Assembly: GCF_004010195.1 (NCBI RefSeq)
Contig: NC_057719.1
Coordinates: 59,692,408 to 59,756,407, forward strand
Direction: 5' to 3'
Length of the DNA: 64,000 bases
Source: Chiloscyllium plagiosum
Taxonomy: Eukaryota
Made by a program: the position numbers and the translations under genes. Each line of letters begins with the position of its first letter. The stretch's first letter is position 1. This document shows positions 24,170 through 37,504 of this stretch, piece by piece. The notes under the pieces are model-generated. The model saw nothing but the letters and a program-made list of their open reading frames with translations, was not told the origin of the DNA and ran no database searches.

Positions 24170-24380
24170 TAAAACAAAATCAGGAAGTGCTAGAGAAATG
24201 TAACACATCTGGCTGCATCTGTAGAGAATTGATGGTTTGACTCAAGTAACCTTTTGTCAACTGTGTTACTGGACTAAACATTAACCCTGGTTTTCTCTTT
24301 ACAGTTGCTGCCAGACCTGCTAAGTTTCTCCAGCACTTTGTTTTTCTTTCAGATTTCTAACATTTGCAGTTCTTTGTTGG
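24170..24380. mobile_element. Old Penelope-derived fold-back element
   Basis: aagtgctagagaaa...tctggctgcatctgta pairs with tacagttgctgccaga...tttctccagcactt, followed by a tail. Confidence 0.55.
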
Positions 24381-24809
24381 TGTCCTGATCTTTTTGTCCT
24401 GGGAAGTGTTGAATCAACTATCTAAATGTAATGTCTAGGAGATTTCCTATTGTCTGAGTTTGGACAGACTGTCTCATCTGCTGAGAAGTGGTTTTGAGGA
24501 CCTGCAGACAATTAAGTTTATTAAATGGGTCATTCAGATTGGGTTGGAACATTTCAGAAAACACTGCCAGATCATCCATTTGAATTGAGCAATAATCTTT
24601 ACTTATATAATATACATTTTGAACAACTCTACTTTTCAATAGATCACGTTGGCACCAGATTTGATATTAGTTCTTCACACTGTTCATGCAAACTTGATAG
24701 TTAACCTCTGTACTTAGAACTTTACACTTTATAGGAACCCAATAGAGTATTCATTGTAAACTAATAATGAGCAATTGCTGATTCATTGAGATATTAGAGA
24801 TGACAGGAA

Positions 24810-25180
24810 AAGGGATGTGTTGTGATTGCAGAATGTAGGAGTTACTGGATGCAAGGATGATGGAGAACAACTGCATGTGCAGTGTGCTTGCAGCTGCAGG
24901 AACTTTGGGCTCAGAGATATTAGAATAGAAGCTGAGCTGCAGTGCAGCAGGGAGGGGTGCTGTTACTGGACACTTTAGTCCAAGAGGCGATCACATCCCT
25001 TTTAAAGTCCCGTGACTTGAGTGATCAGGGACAGATGAGAGCGATATCAAGTGAGGCAGGTAAGGGAATCCAAACTGCAGCAGTGCAAGATCCTCGTCTT
25101 TTCTGGATGAAGTGAGGGCCATGCTGGTTGATTGCTCATGGCACTGTGGTACAGGAAGCCATTCAAGATAAACATAAAAA
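24810..25180 (+). mobile_element. CR1 ORF1 N-terminal remnant
   Basis: Similar to 40715-41160 (Cys cluster, then gagtgatcagggaca, aagtgaggcagg, gccattcaag). Confidence 0.6.
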
Positions 25181-25189
25181 ATACAGCAA

Positions 25190-26645
25190 GACCTGCACAA
25201 TATCCTGGTAATTGCCATCTCTAACAATAGAGATTCTAAGTGTTGCCCTTTGCCATTCAATTGCATTACAGGCATAGTCATAGAGATGTACGGCACAGAA
25301 ACAGACCCTTCAGTCCAACCCATCCATGCCAACCAGATATCCCAACCCAATCTAGTCCCACCTGCCAACACCTGGCCCATATCCCTCCAAATCCTTCCTA
25401 TTCATATACCCATCCAAATGCCTCTTAAATGTTGCAATTGTACCAGCCTCCACCACTTCCTCTGGCATCTCATTCCATACACATACCACCCTCTGCGTGA
25501 GAAAGTTGCTCCCTAGGTCTCTTTGATATCTTTCCCCTCTCACCCTAAAACTATGCCCTCTAGTTCTGGACTCTCTGACCCCAGGTAAAACACTTTGCCT
25601 ATTTACCCTATCCATGCCCCTCATAATTTTGTAAACCTCTATAAGGTCATCCCTCAGCCTCTGACGCTCCAGGGAAAATAGTCCCAGTCTGTTCAGTCTC
25701 TCCCTATAGCTCAAATCCTCCAACCCTGGCAACATCCTTGTAAATCTTTTCTGAACTCTTTCAAGTTTCACAGCATCTTTCCGATAGGAAGGAGACCAGA
25801 ATAGCACACAATATTCCAACAGTGGCCTAATCAATGTCCTGTACAGCCGCAACATGACCTCCCAACTCCTGTACTCAATACTCTGACCAATAAAGGAAAG
25901 CAAACCAAACGCCGCCTTCACTATCCTATCTACCTGCCACTCTACTTTCAAGGAGCTATGAACCTGCACTCCTAGGTCTCTCCGTTCAGCAATTGTTGAA
26001 TCTCTCACTATCAATATCATAAGGATTAACATTGACTAAAAACAGAAATGGACTAACTATATAAATACTGTGGCTGCAAATGCGGGTCAGAGATTAGGAA
26101 TCTTGCAATAAGTAACCTACCTCTTGATTTCTCAAAGGCCTGTCCAATATCTGTTAGGCATAAGTCAGGAATGTGGTGGGACATTCCACGTTTGGCTGGA
26201 TGAGTGCAGTTCCAACAATACTCTGAAAGCTTGACACCATTTAGGGCAAAGTAGCCTATTTGGCACTACGACCACAGCATTCACTCCCTCCGTCACTGAG
26301 GTCGATTTGTAGTAGTGTGCACAATTTACAAAATGCCCTGCAGAAATTCACCAAGGTTCCTTCATTCTGTCGTCTAAACTCATGACTACTTCCATCTAGA
26401 AGGACAACGAAAGCAGTTAAATGGTATGACCACCATACACTTGGAAAATATATCTCCCTTCAGTGGTGCTGCATCAAAATCTTGAACTCTCTCCTGAACA
26501 ACATTGTGCGTCAACCTGTACCAAATGGACTTCAGTGGTTCAAGAAGGCAATTTGACGCCATCTTCCTATCTGCTTGAGGATAACTAGAAATAAATGTTG
26601 CCCCAGCCAGTGATGACTACATTCCATTGATGAATTTGAAAAAAC
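25190..26645 (+). mobile_element. LINE family X 3' fragment interrupted by CR1
   Basis: Sequences on either side of 25273-25992 join into the same sequence as 3960-4700. Confidence 0.7.
25273..25992 (-). mobile_element. Young CR1/HER1 3' fragment
   Basis: Open ORF 25352-26032 (RDLGVQVHSSLK...RPLLEYC...F(L)TQRVV..WN) plus tail. Confidence 0.93.
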
Positions 26646-26679
26646 AAGCTATTTGGAAGTTTTGGAGGCAATATAGTGA

Positions 26680-29600
26680 GGAGATTGACTCTATACAGCA
26701 AACATTGAGGGTCCACAGATACCTGTGTTGTCTGCCCAGTGCTGGTGTTTGAGATATTTGTTTTGGACTGGAGAAGAACTTAAGAAGAGAAGAGAAGGAT
26801 CTAGTGGTAGTGCAATGACCAACAGGATAGGTCAAACTGAGAAGGAGTTTCTGCTGAGGGAGTATGAGAAGTTAAGTGCTAAATTTAAAAAAATAGAACC
26901 TCAAAGTTCTGGATCACTACCCAAGCGATGTGCACATTGGCAAGGGTTGAATAATATTACAGAAGTGAATGTGTAGTTTGAAGATAGGTGTGAGAAAGTG
27001 GGTTCTAGTTTGTGAGGTACTGACACAGGTATTGGGAAAAGTAAGATCTGTACTGATAAGATTGTCTTTACCTGAATGGTGTAGGCCGTGGTGTTCTTGC
27101 AAGCTGCTTAACTAGGGAAATGGAGAAGTGCGTGAGGGATCAAGCATGAGTAAATATACCAAACCAAGGTATGGAGTTGAGGCAGGGGAACAATGTAGTA
27201 ATATGAAAAATGAAGCTCAGAGAATGGTAGGAAGGATCAAAGAGAAAAAAAAACCCTAAGAATATACCAGCAGTCAAGATGAAATACTCCATGGATAATA
27301 AAAATGTCTCTATCTGAATGTGCATTCACAACAATGTAAGTGAATTCATATCGTACATTGATGTGAGCAAATATGATGTGGTAACCATTCCAGAGATGTA
27401 GCTGCAAAATGGTATGGATTCGGTTCTGAGTATTGACAGTATATGACATGTGGCTGATGCTGGCTGTCCAACATTTATTGTCTGTTCTGAGCTGCCTTGA
27501 GAAGGTGATGATGAGTTGCCTTCTTGAACCATTGCAGTCCACTTGCTGTAGGGTAACCCACAATGCCACGTATATAAACTGGAAAAAACAGATTGGTAAA
27601 CAGAGTCTCAAAGAAGAGCTCATAAAATGTGTAATGTGACAGGATTAATTAATGACCTCAGTAAAAGTGGTACCTAGGTAACAGCAACCATATTATGATT
27701 GAATTTTGCATCTAGTTTGATAGGGCAAATATTGTATCTAAGAGTAGTAATTTGGCCTTAGACGAGGGTAACTGTGGATATGAAAACAGTTAGCTGAATG
27801 GATTTGAGATATTAAGCTTGGAAATAGATCAGTAGAGAGGCAATGGTAGATACTGAAAGAGCTATTTCAAAATACTCAGAATATGTATATTTCTATTATA
27901 AAGGAGAATTCTAAGGGGATGACCCTCCACATGTGGTTAACTAAAGAACTTAAGGAAAGCATCAAACTTGAAGTAAATCTTATAATTATGCTAAGATGAG
28001 TGGCCAAGAAGAAGACTAATCAAAATACAAATGGCAGTGAATGACTAAAAGATTAATTAATAATAGCATGCGATGAAGCTAACTGGAAATGTAAAAACAA
28101 GTAGCAAGCATTTTTATAAATATCTAAAAAGGAAAAGATTAAGTTAAGTGAATGTGAATCAGAAGGTGAGAATGGAGGGTTAATAGATAATAAAGAAATT
28201 GCAAATGTAATGAATATTTAGCATATGTCTTCATTATAGAGGAAAATATAAATAAATACCCAGTATTACCTATAAATAAGGAGTTTGAAGGAAAAGATGA
28301 AATTGATATAATTACAGTTGCCAGGGAAATATTGCCAAGCAAACTGATGAAACCATGGGTTGATAAGTTTCCAGGTCCTGATGGGCAGATTTCACCCCAA
28401 GGTCTTAAAGATGTGGCTAATAAAGTAGTAAATGCATTTTCCAAAATTTGTTACATTCTGAAGAAGTTTCATTAAACTGGAAAGTAGCAAATAAAACCCC
28501 ACTATCAAGAAAAGGAGGGATATAGCAAACAGGAAGCAGGGTGCTCCAAACAGAGCACCTTCACTTCTTTGGTTTCCTTCTCTTTTTTTTCATTTATTTC
28601 TCTTTTCTCCCCCTTTGCTCTTTCAGCAGGTCCTGACCTGGTCTCTCTGCAACTTGTGACGGGTCCCAGCGGCTCGCAACCTGGTCTCTCAGCAGTATTT
28701 GGCTGGTCTCTCGGTGGTGTGGTGGGTCCCGGCCTGGTCTCTCAGCTGCTCATGGCAGTGTCTCGGCAGCGTGCAAGTGGACCATGCCTGGGCATGTTCC
28801 CCAGGGGCAATGAGGAGATCGGAGAGCTGGCGGTTTCAGCAGCAGCAACAGTATCTGTGGGAGTGGCCCTGAGAACAGATAGCAGAGCAAGATAAGCTGA
28901 GGACTCATCGAAGACTGTTGAACTTATTCCGTTTTGTTCCGAGTTTAAACTATGAAAGACTTTAATGTAAATTATTAACTAATTCTTTATTTTGCTACTA
29001 TTCTATAAAGTAACGCTTACATTTTTCATTTTCGTTTCTAATACTACTTTTTACCTAAGCTTTGTTTTGAACCTTGGTACCTAAGATGGCGCCATGTGTG
29101 ATGGCATGATACACTTTTCACTGAACCCCTGTACTTGAGTACATGTGACAATAAAATGTAGAATCTAAAAAAAATCTAAAATCTAAAAAAGCCTAATTCA
29201 GTTAGCTTGATTCTGTCAAGTGGAAGGTGTTAGAATCAATAAGAAGATTACTAGGCACCTGGAAACCCTCCAGGAAATAGGGAGCAGTCAGCATGGTTTT
29301 GTGAAAGAGAAATTGTTTTTAACCAACTCATTGGAATTCGTTGAAACAATAAGTGGTCTGGATAAAGTGAATGCTGTATTTCAATTCCCAAAATATATTT
29401 AATAAGGTTCCACATGAAAATCTATTGTGCAAATAAGACCTCGTGATAAATGGAATTACATTGTAGCATATTTGGAATTTTTTCTGGTTGTGCAAATGAG
29501 TCTGTGTCAGATTGGCAGGTGGTGGCAAATAGAGTCAATATGTGTCTGTACTTAGGCCTCAATGTTTTACAATTCATTTCAATTATTTAGAGGTAGGGAT

Positions 29601-30430
29601 CAAAGGCATAGTAGCTACATTTGCAGAAGACACAGACATACACATAGAAAAGTATGTTGTGAAGATGATATAAGAAGGATGTAGACTAATATATCTAAGT
29701 TAAGTGAGTGGGCGATATTCTCATACATGAAGCATAAAGTGGGAAGATGTGAAGTTTTTCATTTTAGCAGGAAGTCTAAAAGCAGATGATTATTTAAATG
29801 GTGAATATTTGCAGAAGTATGATGTGCAGAGAGATCAACATGTTCTAGTCCATGAGTCACAAGAGGTTAGAATACAGGTGTAGTAAATGATTAAGAGCGT
29901 TCATGGAATGCTATCCTTTATTACAAAAGGAATTAAATATGAAAGTAAGGATGTAAATGTATTGGAGGCAATTCAGGGGAATGATTTGGTTGTGTTATGA
30001 AGATATGTTGGATAGACTGGGCTTATTTTCACTGGAGTCCAGAAGAGTGAATGGGATTTGATTGAAATTCATAAGGTTCTGAAAGATCTTGACAAGGTGG
30101 ATATGGAAACGAGTTTAGTGTTGGGTGAATCCAGAACTGAAGGATCTATCTTAAACTTGAGGAACACTCTGTTAGGAGAGAGATGAGGAGAAATCTTTTT
30201 CTGAATGTTTTATAACTTTGGAATTCTTTACCTTAAAAGTTGGCGGAGGTAGGTTCACTGAATATTTTAAAAGTAGGGGTAGATAAATTCTTTTTGGACA
30301 AAGCAATCAAAGGTTATCGGGGGTTAGATGGGAATGTAGAAGTTGGAACATGAACAGTTCAACTATGATCTTGTTGAATGGCATAGCAGTTTGAATGGCC
30401 AAATGGCCAACTTCTGCTCCCAGTTTGTAC
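26680..30430 (+). mobile_element. Old, largely complete CR1 (ORF1 esterase remnant to 3' tail) with nested insertions
   Basis: ORF1 remnant LREYEKL, PGPDG, SQHGFVK...LTNSLEF, TFAEDT, tail gaatggccaaatggccaacttctgctcc. Confidence 0.7.
28535..29190 (+). mobile_element. Non-autonomous retroposon (family Y) with GC-rich internal repeats and an (atctaaa)n tail
   Basis: Interrupts the CR1 RT sequence. 5' hairpin ggtgctc/gagcacc, repeated ctggtctctc, 3' aagatggcgcc...gtgacaataaa plus tandem tail; homologous to 47190-47650. Confidence 0.65.
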
Positions 30431-30609
30431 AAAATACCTAAAGGCAGACTGCAGATTGAAAACTCAGACAAAAGCTTTTGTAGGAATGGCTAATATTATT
30501 CCAGAAAATATTGCACCAGTAAGATTGTAACAAATAAATACCATTTAATTTGTTTACAGTGAGTGTAAATAAGGACATAGAAGATTATGGAAGTTCTATA
30601 TTGGAGGAT

Positions 30610-33600
30610 TGCATCAGTTCCTGGACGCAGTTGGAGAAGTCACCAGGGAGCAGCGGAGCCTGTCAGGATATGTGAGTATACGGTTTAAATTTCTTTTAGT
30701 TCCGGTTTTTCTTCAGTTCCTGGATGTAGTCGGAGAGGTCACGAGGTCACATATTTGAGCGGTTGCTTTACCCAAAACACTACTCGGCTAGTGTCTCCCA
30801 AACATCCTCCTCTAACCAAAAAAAACGTTGTGTGCATCGGTTGATAAGGTGACAATTGCTTTCTTTCGTGTTTCTTTTTTTTCCTGGAAGTCTATTTGGG
30901 AATTTGGAATAATGGGAATTGAGGTTAGGGCAGTTGAATGTTCTTCCTGCAGTATATTGGAGGTGAGGGTCATCACTAGTGTCCCTGCTGACTGCATCTG
31001 TGGGAAGTGCAGCCAACTCCAGCTGCTTGAGAACCATGTTAGGGAACTGGAGCTGGAGCTGGATGAACTTCAGATCATTTGGGAGACGGAGAGGGTTATT
31101 GAGAGGAGTTACAGGAAGGTAGTTACTCCACAGCCATGTGAAGAAGGTAGATGGGTTGCTGTTAGGGGTAGGAAAGGGAACCAGCAAGCAGTGCAGCGGT
31201 CTCATGTGGTGGTTCCACTCAACAACAAGGCTACTATTTTGGATACCAATGGGGCACAGGTCTCTGATGCAGGGTCTGTCCCTGTTGCTCAGAGGGGAAG
31301 GAGGAAGAGGAGTAGAGCTTTAGTCATTGAGGACTCCATAGTTAGGGGGACAAATAGGAGGTTTTGTGGGAACAAACGAGACTCACGATTGGTGTGTTGC
31401 CTCCCAGGTGACAGGGTTTGTGATGTCTCTGATCATGTTTTCGGGATCCTTAAGGGGGAGGGGAAGTAGCCCCAAGTCGTGGTCCACATAGGCACCAATG
31501 ACATAGGTAGGTAGGAAGAAAGGGTGGAATCTAAGGCAGAAATTCAGGGAGCTAGGATGGAAGCGTAGAGCTAGAACAAACAGAGTTGTTATCTCTGGTT
31601 TGTTGCCCATGCCACGTGTTAGTGAAGTGAGGAACAGGGAGAGAGCAGAGCTGAACACGTGGCTGCAGGGATGGTGCAGGAGAGAGTTTTGGATTCTTGG
31701 ATATTTGGACCTCTTTCTGGGGAAGGTGGGACCTCTATAAAGAGGATGGTCTTCATCTGAACCAGAGGGGTACCAATATCCTGGGAGGGAAATTTGCTAA
31801 TGCTCTTAAGGGTGGGTGGGGGGAAGGTTTAAACTAATGCAGCAGGGGAATGGGAACCTGAATTGTAATTCCAGTGTACAGGAGTAGTGAGGTCAGGGAT
31901 AGGTTTACAAGGTGGCAAGAGGGTACTGGCAATCAGGATGTTGGTTTGAAATGTGTGTACTTCAATGCCAGGAGCGTCCGGAATAAGGTGGGTGAACTTG
32001 CAGCATGGGTTGGTACCTGGGATTTCGATGTTGTGGCCATTTCAGAGACATGGCTGGAGGAGGGACAGGAACGGTTGTTGCAGATTCCAGGATTTAGATG
32101 TTTCAGCAAGAACAGAGAATGTGGTAAAAGAGGCAGAGGTGTGGCATTGTTAGACAAGGGTAGTATTACAGCAGTTAAGAGAGCATTTGAGGACTCATCC
32201 ACTGAGGTAGTTTGGGCTGAGATTAGAAACAGGAAAGGAGAGGTCACCCTGTTGGGAATTTTCTATAGGCCTCCGAATGGTTCCAAGGATGTAGAGGAAA
32301 GGATAGCAAAGATGACTCTTGATAGGAGCGAGAGTAACAGCGTAGTTGTTAAGGGGGACTTATAACTTCCCCATATTGACTGGGAATACAATAGTTCGAG
32401 TAGTTTAGATGGGTCCGTTTTTGTTTAATATGTGAAGGAGGGTTTTCTAACACAGTATGTAGAAAGGCCAACAAGGGGAGATGCCATATTGGATTTGGTA
32501 TTAGGGAATGAACCCGGCCAGATGTTAGATTTGGAGGTAGATAAGCACTTTGGCGATAGTGACCATAATTCAGTTATGTTTATAATAGTAATGGGCAGGG
32601 ATAGGGAAAGAGGTATAACTGGGGAAAGGCAATTATCATGCAATTAGGCAAGATTTAGGATGCAAAGGATGGGGAAGGAAACTGCAGGGGACGGACTCTC
32701 TTGAAATGTGCAGCTTATTGAAGGAACAGCTACTGCAGGTCCTTGACAAGTATATCAGGCAGGGAGGTAGTTGTCAAGAGAGGGAGCTATGGTTTACTAA
32801 AGAAGTTGAAGCTTTTTCAAGAGGAAGAAGAAGGCTAATATGAGGATGGAGGCATGAAGGCTCAGTTAAGGGGCTTCAGAGTTATAAGTTAGCCAGAAAA
32901 GATCTAAAGAGAGGGCAAAGAAGAGCCAGGAGGGGACATGAGAAGTTGTTGATGGTAGAATCAAAGAAAACTAAGGCCTTCTATAGGTTTATCAGGAATA
33001 AAAGAATGACTAGGGTAAATTAGGGCCAATCAAAGGTAGTAGTGGAAAGTTGTATGTAGAATCTGAGGACATAGGGGAAGTGCTTAATGAATACTTTTTG
33101 TCAGTATTCACATTGAAAAAGGGCAATGTTCGTGAGAATATGGAGATACAGGCTACAAGATTAGATGAGATTGAGGTTGACAAAGATGAAGTTTTAGCAA
33201 TTTACAAAATCTGAAAATAGATAAGACCCCAGGGCCAGATGGGATTTATCCTTGGATTCTCTGGGAAGCCAGGGAGGAGATTGTAGAGCCTTTGGCTTCG
33301 ATCTTGATGTCACCATTGTCAACAGGAGTAGTGCCAGAAGACTGAAGAATAGCAAATGTTGTTCCCTTGTTTAAGAAGGGCATTTGGGATAACCTGGTAA
33401 TTATAGGCCAGTGAGCCTTACTTCGGTTATGCGTAAGGTGTTGGAAAAGTTTATAAGAGATAGGATTTATAATCATCTGGGGGAAAGGAATAATTTGATT
33501 ACGGATTGTCAACATGGTTTTGTGAAGATTGTGCCACACTAACCTTATGGAGTTCTTCGAGAAGGTGACAAAACATGTGAATAAAGGTAAAGCGGTTGAT

Positions 33601-34910
33601 GTGGTATATATGGACTTCAGTAAGGCATTTGATAAGGTTGCACATGTGGTATATATGGACTTCAGTAAGGCATTTGATAAGGTTGCACATGGTAGGCTAT
33701 TGCACAAAATATGGAGTTTCGGAATTGAAGGTGATTTAGCGGTTTGGATCAGAAATTGGCTAGGTGAAAGAAGACAGAGGGTGGTGCTTGATGAGAAATG
33801 TTCATCCTTGTGCTCAGATACCAGTGGTGTGCTGCAAGGATCTGTTTTGGGGCCAGGGCAGTTTGTCATTTTCATAAATAATCTGGAGGTGGGCATAGAA
33901 GGATAGGTTGATAAATTTGTGGATGAAACTAAAGTAGGCGGATTTGTGGACAGTGCTGAAGGATGTTATGGGTTAAAGACATAGATAAGATGCAGAGCTG
34001 GGCTGAGAAATGGCACACGGAGTTTAATGCGGAAAAGTGTGAGGCAGTTCACTTCAGAAGAAGTAACAGGATTGCAGAGTACTGGGCTAATGGTAAAATT
34101 CTTGGCAGTGTAGATGAACAGAGAGATCTCGGTGTCCAGGTGCATAATTCCCTGAAAGTTGCCACCCAGGTTGATAGGGTTGTTAAGAAGGCATATGGTG
34201 TGCTGGCATTTATTGGTGTGGGGATTGAGTTTCAGAGCCACAAGGTCATGCTTCAACTGTACAAGACACTGGTAAGGCCACATCTGGAGTATTGCGTACA
34301 GTTCTGGTCACCGCATTATAGGAAGGATGTAGAAAAGGATTCAGAGGAGATTTACTAGGATGTTGCCTCGTATGGATGGAAGGTTTTACGAGGAAAGGCT
34401 GAGGGAACTGAAGCTGTTTTCGTTGGAGAGCAAAAGGTTGAGAGGTGACTTAATAGAGATGTATAAGATAGTCAGAGGGTTAGATGGGGGTAGATTTTGA
34501 GCCTTTTTCGTCGGATGGTGAAGGCTAACACATGGGGACATAGCTTTAAATTGAGGGGTGGATTTAAGACAGATATCAGGGGTAGTTTCTTTACTCAGAG
34601 AGTAGTAGGGGCGAGCCTTTTTCGTCGGATGGTGAAGGCTAACACATGGGGACATAGCTTTAAATTGAGGGGTGGATTTAAGACAGATATCGGGGTAGTT
34701 TCTTTACTCAGAGAGTAGTGGGGCGTGGAATGGCCTGCCTGCAACGGTAGTAGACTCGCCGACGTTAAGGGCATTTAAATGGGCATTGGACATATATATG
34801 GATAATAATGGAACGGTGTTGGTTAGATGGGCATAAGATTAATTTCACAGGTTGGTGCAAATTCGAGGGCCAAAGGTCCTGTACTGTGCTGTAACGTTCT
34901 ATGTTTTATG
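30610..34910 (+). mobile_element. Near full-length defective CR1 LINE (5'UTR, ORF1 zinc finger/zipper/SGNH esterase, ORF2 APE-RT, tail)
   Basis: ORF1 ECSSC...CGKC, EDSIVRG, VHIGTND, DGLHLN. ORF2 YFNARSV, ISETW, YRPP, SDHN, YMDFSKAFDKV, QGSVLGP, FVDET. Several stops and frameshifts. Confidence 0.95.
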
Positions 34911-35505
34911 AAGTAACTCAATTTTTGTCTGATAAATTAGCCTAAAAGATTGTTAGTTATTCGTTGAGACAAGTGGCAGGCTCAAACCCTGATGTTCGTG
35001 AAAGACTTGAATTTTTCTCCAGAGTGTTTGTTAAATAAATGTGTATTAGTACAGGTACAGGGAAATTGTTGAGCTGTTTCACTGTGTAGCATGAATTCAA
35101 ACTGTGACTGTTACTGTTTCTGTGTCTAAATTGCCCCTTAATATTGACCTTAATGTAGAAAATCTGCTGCCTACAGATGTTTTCACAAGATCTAGTGAAA
35201 TTATTAAGGATAAAAATGTATTTGCAAGTTCAAGCAGCTTGAAAAATATTTGTCTGATTTTAGATGTATTGGATAAAACAATGCTCTGACTAGCTCTGGG
35301 TAAAGGCTATCAGATCAACCTTAAGAATATCTTCCACTTCAACTGATTTGATTGTATTGTGCATGATCTGTTCTTATCACTGTGGATATGGTTTGAATCT
35401 AATGCATTTTGACTACTGAAATCTGCATACAGGTAGTCCTGCCATTGTTGGACTATTGGCATCCACCAGGTGGAAAATTTCAGGAAGCCACAATAAGCTT
35501 GTGTA

Positions 35506-36959
35506 GAGAGGAGCCTCGATTATCCGAATACCAATTATCCGAAAATCGGATTATCCGAAGGAGATCTCCAGGTCCCGATGGAAACATTGCATCAAAGATG
35601 TGTTTCCAACAGTGATCGCGTCTTTTGTTTACAGTGATTAAACAGGCACTGTCTCCAAATGACTGACTGCCCTACAGAAAGCATAAGGGACTGTCAGAGA
35701 ATACAGGAGGATATAGATAGACTGGAGTGTTGGGTGGAAACGTGGCAGATGGTTTTCAATCCAGAAAAATATGAGGTGATGCATTTAGGCAAGACTAATT
35801 CTAGAGCGAATTATGTAATGAACGGAAGAGCCTTGGGAAAAGTTAATGGGCAGAGAGATCTGGGAGTGCAGGTCCATTGTACCCTGAAGGTTGCTGCACA
35901 GGTGGATAGAGTGGTCAAGAAGGCATATAGTATGCTTGCCTTCATTGGACGGGGTATTGAGTATAAGAACTGGCAAGTCATGTTAAAATTGTACAAGACA
36001 TTCGTTCAGCCGCATTTAGAATACTGCGTACAGTTCTGGTCGCCACATTACCAAAAGGATGTGGACGCTTTGGAGAGGGTGAAGAGAAGGTTTACGAGGA
36101 TGTTGCCTGGTATGGAAGGTGCTAGCTATGAAGAGAGGTTGAGTAGGTTAGGTATATTTTCATTAGAAAAAAGNNNNNNNNNNNNNNNNNNNNNNNNNNN
36201 NNNNNNNNNNNNNNNNNNNNNNNNNNNNNNNNNNNNNNNNNNNNNNNNNNNNNNNNNNNNNNNNNNNNNNNNNNNNNNNNNNNNNNNNNNNNNNNNNNNN
36301 NNNNNNNNNNNNNNNNNNNNNNNNNNNNNNNNNNNNNNNNNNNNNNNNNNNNNNNNNNNNNNNNNNNNNNNNNNNNNNNNNNNNNNNNNNNNNNNNNNNN
36401 NNNNNNNNNNNNNNNNNNNNNNNNNNNNNNNNNNNNNNNNNNNNNNNNNNNNNNNNNNNNNNNNNNNNNNNNNNNNNNNNNNNNNNNNNNNNNNNNNNNN
36501 NNNNNNNNNNNNNNNNNNNNNNNNNNNNNNNNNNNNNNNNNNNNNNNNNNNNNNNNNNNNNNNNNNNNNNNNNNNNNNNNNNNNNNNNNNNNNNNNNNNN
36601 NNNNNNNNNNNNNNNNNNNNNNNNNNNNNNNNNNNNNNNNNNNNNNNNNNNNNNNNNNNNNNNNNNNNNCACGGGGCGGGGATGGTGTTGGGGGCGGGGG
36701 GGGCAGTGTTGCACGGAGCGCGGGGGTGGTGTGGCACAGGATCGGGGCAGGTGGGCGGTGTCGGGGGTGGGGGGATGGTGTTGCATGGGGTCGAGGGCGG
36801 GGCCTCGCACGCTGTGTCCTGCTGCAGTCTCCTGAATGAAGAGCAGACTTTAAAAACTCCGAGCCCCAGAGGAAAGGCATTTAATCAATTAACCGAATAA
36901 TCGATTATCCGAACGAAATAGCACCCGCCCCTCACGTTCAGATAATCGAGATTCCTCTG
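35506..36959. mobile_element. Tigger/pogo-like non-autonomous DNA transposon spanning a gap
   Basis: TA-flanked TIRs GAGAGGAGCCTCGATTATCCGAA and reverse complement CAGAGGAATCTCGATTATCTGAA; subterminal ttatccgaa repeats. Confidence 0.75.
35673..36173 (+). mobile_element. Young CR1 ORF2 3' fragment nested in the Tigger-like element, running into the gap
   Basis: Open frame IQEDIDRLECWVETWQMVFN...RDLGVQV...PHLEYCVQFWSPHY. Confidence 0.9.
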
Positions 36960-37504
36960 TACTGGGACTGCCATGTGATTCTGCTAATGCTCAGAATTGA
37001 GCATCGCATGCATAATATCAGGCCTCACTGGGGTAACTGTGCTGGAAATCAAGCCCCAAAATTCCCAGAGTCATTACAAAAGTTGAAGATTTTGATCAAA
37101 CTATGCAAGGTTCCCCAATTTACTTGTCTTTTTAGACCCAGGTTGATAGAAAGCGTGGACTAGGTTTTTGTACTTTACAAATATGTAGAGTATAGCTACA
37201 GATGAACAAGTTTGAACTATTGACATATTGCTTTGCTTGTTAAAGCTCTGACCTCCTTATAAAACTCCCCTTACACATACATACACACAAAAATGATGGA
37301 GGGTAAGATTAGGAAGCCAGTTCAAAGGCCCCTGTCCAAGGAGTTCACTGAGATGATGCTTTTGCAAGCCAGACTTCCTGCTCCTCAATCTTTCTTCTCC
37401 AGGTAGCGTCCCTTACTTGCAGAATGCACAGAGCGGCAGATTCATAATTTATAAAGTCTTTGACCTGTGACTTAAAAGCAGCTGCTTACAGAAATTGATT
37501 TCCG

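Noticed and set aside
30610..34910. Active autonomous LINE
   Set aside because: Both ORFs carry several stops and frameshifts, and the RT catalytic motif reads FVDET instead of FADDT.
35659..36900. 413-aa ORF and other ORFs containing X runs (also 51086-51576 and 58613-58992)
   Set aside because: Artefacts of translating through N gaps; only the CR1 portion is meaningful.
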